Assembly (NCBI GenBank): GCA_951406725.2
Contig: OX597825.1
Coordinates: 37,200,001-37,264,000, forward strand
Origin: Octopus vulgaris
Taxonomy: Eukaryota
Direction: 5' to 3'
Length of the DNA stretch: 64,000 nt
The position numbers and the translations under genes were made by a program. The notes beneath the pieces are model-generated. The model was not told the DNA's origin. It was given only the letters and a program-made list of their open reading frames with translations, and searched no databases. Of the stretch, positions 55,346 to 64,000 are shown in pieces; position 1 is the first letter of the stretch; every line of letters starts with the position of its first letter.

Positions 55346-56134
55346 TTCTGACATCTCTTTCCAGACTAATTATTATGAATCAAAAGGGTTGCTTGGAGAT
55401 TAGCACGCCCATTTTCATATCAGTTTGGAGTAAAACATTCTATCGGTGTTGTGTTTAAATAACAGCTGGTACATCTTTCATCATAGGTCGGCCCGATCAC
55501 AACGTGGCTGGTACTAAACAGCCTCCAAAAGAATCAACAACAATTACCACGACAACGTTCCCTTTTCATAGATGTTCATTACTGCACTTTGAATGTACCC
55601 TGCAGCTATCGAATTCCTTGTATCTTACAATGTAATATCATTATCTATTTTGTCTGTTTTGTGTGATTTCATATTTCTCTGAATACTGTGTCAAATGAAT
55701 CCTGTTATATACCACTATATTTTAAATACTAATTTTTAACTCTTGCTTGTTTCAGGCATTGAACTGCAAATATGACGGAGTCCCATCTTGTACGCCTAGT
55801 CGAACAAATCAATCCCAGTATTTTAACTCTGGTAATTATTTTATCAGCCACTAATACCAAAACGGTAAGTTGTGAGGACGCAAGCAGACCAACACCAATT
55901 CTCAAGTGGAGGTGGGAATAAACTGAAACGCACAAATGAACACACACACTGACATGTAAATACCATGTCATACATACATGTAAATACATGCATATACACA
56001 TAATAAAATACATACACACATGCGAACGCACACACACATACACACACACACACAAAAGTTGTCCACTCGTGACTGATGAAGACCATCACTGACCGTTGAG
56101 AACATTCTGCACTCAGACAAGTTAATACTCTATA

Positions 56135-56389
<255 letters not shown>

Positions 56390-56572
56390 GTTGAATGAAT
56401 TATCCTAGCATGGATAATTCGGTTAACCGATACCCGGGTAGCAAATTCACATCAGAAAACACGGTTGAAGCTACATGCCAAGGGCAGAGATCACGTGCTT
56501 TCGTGTGGAAATTTGTGTATTTTTTACTATAAATAAATGAAAGAATGGAGTCGAACGACAATTTAACAAAAC

Positions 56573-56670
56573 TCCTTTATTCTCGACATATGTTTCGAAG
56601 ACTGCATATTCCTAATTCCGAAGGAATAAAGGGTGCATTATGCCGCCTTCTCATCAGGAAAGACAATAAA
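56573..56670 (-). ncRNA. Type I hammerhead ribozyme (inverted twin)
   Basis: Same core and stems II/III on the minus strand (TCATCAG at 56651-56657; GACATATGTTTC at 56585-56596). Confidence 0.85.
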
Positions 56671-56710
56671 GTCATCTAAAAGTTTTTGTTCGTCATGATG
56701 CTGACATAAG

Positions 56711-56809
56711 TTCCTTGTCTTTCCTGATGAGAAGGCGGCATAATGCACCCTTTATTCCTTCGGAATTAGGAATATGCAGTCTTCGAAACATATGTCGAGA
56801 ATAAAGGAA
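56711..56809 (+). ncRNA. Type I hammerhead ribozyme
   Basis: TTCCTT.GTC.TTTC-CTGATGA-GAAGGC.GCATA...TATGC.GTCTTC-GAAA-CATATG-TC^GAGA.ATA.AAGGAA. All core nucleotides are intact; predicted cut after 56796; AATAAA follows. Confidence 0.85.
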
Positions 56810-57225
56810 TTTTGTTAAATCGTCGTTCGACTCCATTCTTTCATTTATATATATATATATATGTTTGTATGTATGTATATACATTCATATATATAATGTA
56901 TCGTGTAGTGGGACTGAACTAGGCCGTGTTTTTACATAAATATTTAAATCTTCCATCCCTTCTTCAGCATACAGATAAATACGTTTCGGTTTTAACCATG
57001 CTATCATCTGTTCAAGAATAACGGATATAGCGTTACATTTTCTGAAGTGTCTTACACTTCTAAGAAGACATGATGTGATTTGAGGAATATTTGGCTGTTA
57101 TTCAGTAAGTACAGTCGCAGTAAAGAAGACTCCTCATTAGGCATTCAAATGCACTCACACATACACACACACATAGACAAACACACGAACGCTCACAGAT
57201 ATACACATATACACACAAACACACA

Positions 57226-57227
<2 letters not shown>

Positions 57228-57315
<88 letters not shown>
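57228..57315. repeat. (CA)n microsatellite
   Basis: Direct observation. Confidence 0.95.
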
Positions 57316-57316
<1 letters not shown>

Positions 57317-58906
57317 GTGCACGCACGCACAGACACACACAAACACTCACATGTAAATTGCGAAACACACGTAGACACGCACACGCATGCACTAACACAT
57401 TTTCTAAATGATTTTATATCCGACATTTTATTTTGTTCATACTAATGATAACCTACATGTATGAACGTAATTATATAACACCGCACCCTTATGCATGTAA
57501 GTATATGTATACATGTGTTTATGTAATCATATGCAAACACACATACGCATACACATAGAACACACATATAAGTATTCGATCAACTTATTCATGAATATTT
57601 TTTATGGTATCTAGTCTTATATATTTTCTTATTGCTCTTAGCACTATTTCTTGTCATATAGTGAAATTAATTTAACTTTGTACCTAGAAATATCTTAATA
57701 ATATGGAAGCCATATTATACGTTATATACTGTAACAGATTGCATAATGTTATCTAACTAGCTGTTAGTTAATATAATGTAACCTTATATAATATGTGTTA
57801 ATTCATATTTTTGATGTTGCTCTTAAGCTCAATGCATGATATGATCATGCACGGTAGTCGAGGCAATTGTATCATTTTTTTCCGACTTAGTTTATTCTGA
57901 TAAACATTTATAGATTGAATGTATTATTCTTTATTGGCAAAAAGATGGTATTTGAGAGGACTTAGACCACTAAATCTTGCAGATTAAGAACTCTCTATTG
58001 TTGTTGCTGTTGAATCTCAGAACAGCTCTGATTAAGGAAACCCATGATCACGGCGATTTGACCTTTAATTGTTCATAGATTTTCATGTCTAATGTTTCCA
58101 ATGAGTCCTACATTTTCGAAGATATTAATGCATGATTCGAAGAGAATTTGCTGCTGTTTCTTGGAGGTCGAACGACCACATAGAGGATTCTTGTGGTGGT
58201 GCAGGTGGTGGGGAGATAAGGATCGTTATGTAATAGAAGCAGATGTTGCTGTTATTGTTATGGAAGCTTAGTTTGGGTTATCTCTGATCGAGCAGAACTA
58301 TATTGAAAGGTATATTGGTCGTCTAACTTAATGCTCTTTTATGGTATTATGACGGTATTTCGCTACAGCGGCTCATCCATTTGCTGTATTGTATTGCATC
58401 GTATAGCACACTTATGTAACTGTTTACTTATTTGTTATTATATTAATGTTTTTTTACTGTTCCACTCTTATGTATTAGGTATTACATACTCTATTCTCCT
58501 TTATTATAATATACGTTATCGCATTTGAAATGGTGACGTGTGTAAGTTGTATATCTATAGAAATCTTATGACGCGATAAAATTATTGCTCCCATAATGAT
58601 CTATTTCTCAATCAATCGTCTAATTCTATGGGGAATATGATAAAGTATGGAAGTATTATCTGTTAATGTTTTCCTGTCTAGATTTGTTTATAATGTAGTG
58701 TGTTGCAATTGCTCCTTGTTCAAATTGCTGAGTGAATCTGCGAGAAACTGTCGTGCATTGTCTATCAATAATGCTGCCTGAATTGTGAAGCTGAAAAGTT
58801 AAAATATTAAAATGACCATTTTAAGTTTGTCCTCCCATTTACATGTTCTTAAGCTTAATACTTTATAATACCATATTTTGCTACTAGCAGCACGTTCATA
58901 TATATA

Positions 58907-59042
58907 TGTATGTATGCATGTATGTATGTATGTATGTATGTATGTATGTATGTATGTATGTATGTATGTATGTATGTATGTATGTTTGTATGTATGTATG
59001 TATGTATGTATGTATGCATACATGCATGTATGTATGTATGTA
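58907..59042. repeat. (TATG)n microsatellite
   Basis: Direct observation. Confidence 0.95.
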
Positions 59043-59399
59043 GGCATGCATGTATGTACACACACACGCGCGCACGCACACGTACACACGCGCACACACA
59101 TATCCATTTTAAAGATAATAGTTGTAAAATTCCAGAGAAACTTTTTGTAACAACCAATATATATAATGCTAATTTCATATCATTTGAAATATAAGGGCAG
59201 ACAATATGAAAAAATGTTCTCCCTTAAACTAATCACTAGTGATCTTCCGCAAAATATCAGATATTAAAAGCGTACTCTTCAAACAAATGATATGAAGATA
59301 ATTCAGGGGAAAAATACCCGGACAGATTTCCCTTCGTGATCGTTTTCAGATATTATTCCCTTAAAGTGAAGATTTAGGTAGTACTCCTAACATTTCCTT

Positions 59400-60050
59400 C
59401 ATCCCTAAGCGTTAGATTGAGTATAGATAAGTAAGAAAAAATATTGGTCAATATTTTCTGCCAAATATTGACCTATAGCATTTCTCAACAACACCGGTAA
59501 TGTAATGAAGTTATTGATATCTAAATTAGTGCTGCGCAATCTGTTGTAAAATAGTGGAAATCAACTAATTTTGAGCGGGTTATTCGACTTCCAAACAAAT
59601 TTTAATAATTTGTTTTTATTGTCTAATCCGAAGAGGAATGAAGGTGCCTGCTCGAAGTAAGGTGCGCAGAAGTCAATCATAGATCGGTGGCCTGGCACCT
59701 AAGGAAAGAGAAGTGGTGCTGAACCGGGCAACAGATTAATTATATTAGAAATTCTTATGACCCTTTCTCATTTAACTGGACATAGTTCAGAAATCATGTA
59801 TCATTGCCTTGGATATCAAATATTTTGACAGATTAAGCTGAACGACCTTTGCACCAGTCTGAAATCCAGGGGTCATAAGCGAGCAAGTTGTTGGGTGTTG
59901 GTAAAACTTGATTAATTGATTCTCGTTTAAATTAATTGTTTCATTTCAATGTTATTCATCAGCTACTAAAGAACCCATTTTAAGAGTCACAATTCCATGG
60001 CTAGTCTTGTTATCGTTTTGAAACCCATCTGTAATAGCCCATCGGTGTCT
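59400..60050 (+). pseudogene. Decayed CR1/Jockey-type LINE RT fragment
   Basis: KY*PIAFLNNTGNVMKLLI (approximately NYRPISLL..GKVME) at ~59463 and CIIALDIKYFDRL (approximately ALDISKAFDRV) at ~59797, in the expected order. Confidence 0.55.
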
Positions 60051-61049
60051 TCACCGAAAATTATAAGATAAAAAACCTTAAAGAAGTCATCTTTATTAGA
60101 GCCTTACTTGCTCAATCTTATTATCCTTTTGCTAGTTTCTGTCATTGAACTGGAGTCATGCTAAGATGCCCATTCAAACAATATTTAATTTGTCATATTA
60201 ACACCCGTACTTATTTCAGCCTGACACTTATATCACCCTTTTTATCGAGTAACTAATTTAGTTTGTTTCGAGAGAACATGATGCACGAGAACGAAAATTT
60301 TTCTCAAATAAACAAATATAACCTCCTCCATAACTTTAATAATAAAAACAACATATACACAAGTACACATTTTGCTAAACTAAGAAAATAAATTAAATTT
60401 AAATTGGTAAAAATGTTGTTTTGAACAGTACAACAGTCTATCAAAAACTTTATCCCAAGCATTTTTAAATAATAAACTGGTGTTCAAATGTATTCTTAGC
60501 TGAGAAAAAATATATTCTTGAAAGACCAAGGAGAATTTTCTACCCGAAAGGTAGCAAGAGGGTGCAAGGAGGAAGAACACATATCTTTGTATCTCGAAAA
60601 GAGAAAGGATTTTCTTATGTCCCCAAAGTGACAACTGGCCGACAGATGGTCGGAGTAGAGATTATAGAACTACGTAGATGGATTCTAAAACTGAGGATGA
60701 AGCAAGAAAGGAAAAAGCAAATTGAGTATCAGTCATCTGTCAATACGTTTGTGCCACAATACTTCGGACAAGGTAAAGGACATTGGTGAGGACATAGAAT
60801 CGTCATACACTTTATGAAACTGTACAAGAAAATGGTGCGCATAAAAGTGACTAAAAATGATATTTTGTGTCGGCTGATGTGTGTATGGACAGGTAACTCA
60901 AAGACAATACAGCTATTCCAGAGCTGTGTCCTCTTGTTGGCGCGGAAAGAAAAGCAAGCTAACTAAAGTTGCTAGGTAGATGACCAGCTATTACTATTGC
61001 TAGAAAAGCAAAGAAGAAAGAAAACTTCAGTCAGCTGCTGAGTCAGGTG

Positions 61050-62960
61050 AGAACAAGAAAAGAACTAAGGAGTTGATTCCGGGATGCCGTGATATGCATC
61101 ACATAATACATCTCTGACGATGGTGAAGAAAATCGTTCCGTTCTGTGTTCCAGAAGCCGACTCAAAGAAATCCCATCTCAGTCCATAATTTATATCATAT
61201 TCATATGATGACGAAACTAACAATGAACGGGAGTTGCAGACTATTAAGAGCATTTGCAAAAGTTAAAAAGAAGGAAGCGCTTCTTTAAAAACTGTACCCC
61301 AAAAGAAGGCTAGTATTGCAGCACCTGTAAGGAAAAGCCCAATTCCAGGGACTACGCTCTTACAGTGCTTGGTTTAGCAGACGGCAAGCCGACAAAAGAT
61401 CTAAGTGATTTGCAAACAGAACAGCCAAGTTGAACAAGACAGTGGTTGCTGTAGTAGAAACAGCAGCAGCAGCAGCAGCAGCAACAACAACAACAACAAC
61501 AATAGCGCACGTGAAACGTAGGAAAATGAATTTCCCTTGTTTCTTTCCTCCTCTTTACCACCGTAGAAACAAGAGAAGAAAGTACAAACACTTATAACAC
61601 AAACGGAAACACTACCATCTCCATCGCTACCACCAGTGCCAGCAGCAGCAGCAGCAGTAGTGGTAGCAACATGAACAATACGAGAGACAACAACGGCAGC
61701 AGCAGCAGCAGCGATGAGAACAGCAACAACAACGATAGCAAACATATCAACAACACCAACAGCACCAACGTCAGCAACACCACCACCAACAACAAGAGCA
61801 GCAGCAACAAGAACAACAACAGCAACAACAACAACAACGATACCAATATTACTAACAGCAACAAGAACACTTTCGCAGCGGTAGCAGCCAAAATGAGACC
61901 ACGATTCAACTTAAACATCACAAACAAAGATGAAAAGTTGGCCCAGGCTGGGAAACTCATCTAACACGAACAATCCTGGGCCAGCCTAACTGTCCCAACA
62001 GAGGCTATCGAAGAAGTGGAGAGAAGAACGGTACATTTCAGATGCATTTCAGCAAAGACAATTGAAGCAGCTTTAATAGCACAAGCAGATACTGAAGCTG
62101 CGCTGAGATGTATCAGTTATTACATCAATTACATGTCGAGGGGCAGATAATACGGCACCATTTCGGTGCTTTTTATGTCAGAAGCCCTCGATATGATGCA
62201 ATCAATGATCCCTTACAAAACCAGCAAGTTCATTATGTACTCCTCTCATATGGGAAAAAGGACAGCCATGTCCGCATTTCCAGGATTCCCACAGGACTTG
62301 ATATGTGGTGGCTTCTGGGATGCGTAATCAAGCAAGGGTCAGATAGTGTCCCGATGGATGTGACAAAACCCGCCAGGGAGGACTGACCGGAGTTGACCTG
62401 GAGATACTTCTCCAGACAAGGCCAGAAGACGTATTAAAGAATCCCGGACCACATCCACCTCTAAAATGGGACGGTAATACACATAATGACTGAGGGCAAA
62501 AGGCCACATAGTTTCGTTTGTAGAAAAACAACCCATTTGCGAGCCTTCTGACATCAACTGATACAAAGTGCAAGGAGTCGAAGGTCCCCACTGCTGCTTA
62601 CACTGCTGCTAGGACTACAACTAACACCAGCAGCGGCAAAACCATCGGCAATAAGAAATGAAACACCACCAAATCATTGACCATCCTAGGGGAAACGAGG
62701 AAAGCACTCCCACTCCTGCAATAATACACACATAAACAAAAACATAAACAAACGCACAAACACACTTACAGCCATTGATCCCTCATCTTCCAGTAGTGAA
62801 GATGAAGGAATATCAAAAGGCCCCACCCTCAAAAAACAAAAAAAAAAAAATTCAAAAGAATAATTCTCCAAAGCATGACAACATCCACAATAAAAAATAC
62901 AGACACTACCCACGCAAACAGCTCCACAATAAGCAACACCAACAAAACCAACACCATCAC
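61050..62960 (+). pseudogene. LINE ORF1 (gag-like, CCHC zinc knuckle) remnant with CAA/CAG-rich expansion
   Basis: EGKRPH-S-FV-C-RKTT-H-LRAF-* at ~62492-62551 fits Cx2Cx4Hx4C with two mutated Cys. The upstream VRISRIP segment resembles L1/Tx1 ORF1. Boundaries are approximate. Confidence 0.55.
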
Positions 62961-63039
62961 AGTACTTTACGTAATAAGCGTTCGGTTCCAAGTAATGCCG
63001 GTTTTTGCAATACACTTAGATTGCAGAGTATTTCCAGAT

Positions 63040-63540
63040 GTTCTTCAGTTGGGGTAATATTGAACCCAAGCTCAGATGACAACAAGGAAAAACTTTATGT
63101 TGAACTCTCGTAGCTTCCACGTCTTGGCGATCTTAATTCTCAGGTCACCATATTTGTCACTCTTTTCTCTTTCATGATAATATGCTGATCTCTTGGCACT
63201 GTTATGTGGATTATTAGGCATTCTTGTTTGTCCCTCCTAAAGGTTACAATATCCAGCCTTCGCTGCTCTAAAACTTTGTGTCTCTGGAAGTCAAAGTCCC
63301 TGAGGATTTTTGCCTTCCCTTTTTCGTCCATTACCTTTTCCGCTGTATGTTGATAGCTTCGATCTTATTCCATCCATTTAATTTCGACTTAAGGATCAGT
63401 CTCAGTCTGCGCAAGTTCTCCACCTTAAATTTTTCTGTCATTTCTTCTCCATCAATTTATCCATTTCCAAAATCCCCAAGTACTTATAGCCTTTCTCATC
63501 TACCTACTTCATAACCTCACCCGAGGCAAACCTTTTGTAA
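63040..63540 (-). mobile_element. R4/Dong fragment (internally deleted RT-RLE)
   Basis: GYKYLGIL followed by KILRDFDFQRHKVLEQRRLDIV..LIIHITVPRD. Confidence 0.8.
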
Positions 63541-63559
63541 CACTTCTACTGGGTACTCT

Positions 63560-64000
63560 TTTTCGATTTCTTTTATATTCCTTGTGATATTTTTCCCAGC
63601 AATAATTGGCACTGTTTTCACCTTTTTTCATTTTCCGCACTCAAACTATCTCCTATTTAAAACATGTCTATGTTTTTTGCATTCCTTCTTGACTATTCGC
63701 AGGTCAAAGGGGCACGCATCACCAGTTCTAGAGGGCATGAGGTTCATCTTGTCTGCCACCACTAGGTCAACTTTGTTGTGCTGAAGCACCTGGCTCGTTT
63801 AGATAGGAAAATTCCACTAGATTTTTCAGATCTACGACTCCACTTGACTCTCTTTAGCCTCCACCTGCTTCTCTTTAGCGTCCTCTTTTCACTGTTTCCA
63901 ATGTATCATTTTCTCTAACTCGTCGTGTTGCCACAACTTATTTTGGTTTTGGGCAACTCGAGAGAATGTGTTTGTGCTTGACCTCTCCACCACTTGTCAA
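63560..64000 (-). mobile_element. Another R4/Dong RLE fragment running off the window end
   Basis: HILSSC..QHD..IHW..KI*WNFPI*TSQVLQHNKVDLVVADK..ACPFD..KE..KKVKTVPII. Confidence 0.75.

Larger units (their letters stand above)
56533..56848. repeat. Inverted repeat, 134-bp arms (2 mismatches), 48-bp spacer; Penelope pseudo-LTR-like
   Basis: Segment 56533-56666 is the reverse complement of 56715-56848. Confidence 0.95.

Overview
This is an AT-rich, microsatellite-dense eukaryotic intronic or intergenic window. The SINE families resemble those I recall from octopod (Octopus) genomes; that taxon call is an inference. There is no confidently identifiable host gene, and nearly all listed ORFs are translations of simple repeats. 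The window is a mosaic of mobile elements: several tRNA-derived SINE families, two decayed mariner copies, Helitron/Helentron-type non-autonomous elements, two Penelope-like elements (GIY-YIG, with or without RT) carrying hammerhead motifs, RTE/CR1/Tx1-type LINE remnants, and a dense cluster of R4/Dong-type (RLE) retrotransposons in (TAA)n/(GAT)n tracts at about 35.6-52.2 kb. The most notable structures are: a near-perfect 134-bp-arm palindrome in which each arm encodes an intact-core hammerhead ribozyme (56.5-56.85 kb); a diverged 28S rRNA fragment starting at the R2 target motif (20.2-20.3 kb); a ~480-bp non-coding element recurring at (TAA)n tracts; and long hairpins at 2.3 and 7.3-7.6 kb. 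Boundaries were read by eye and may be off by a few to tens of bases.
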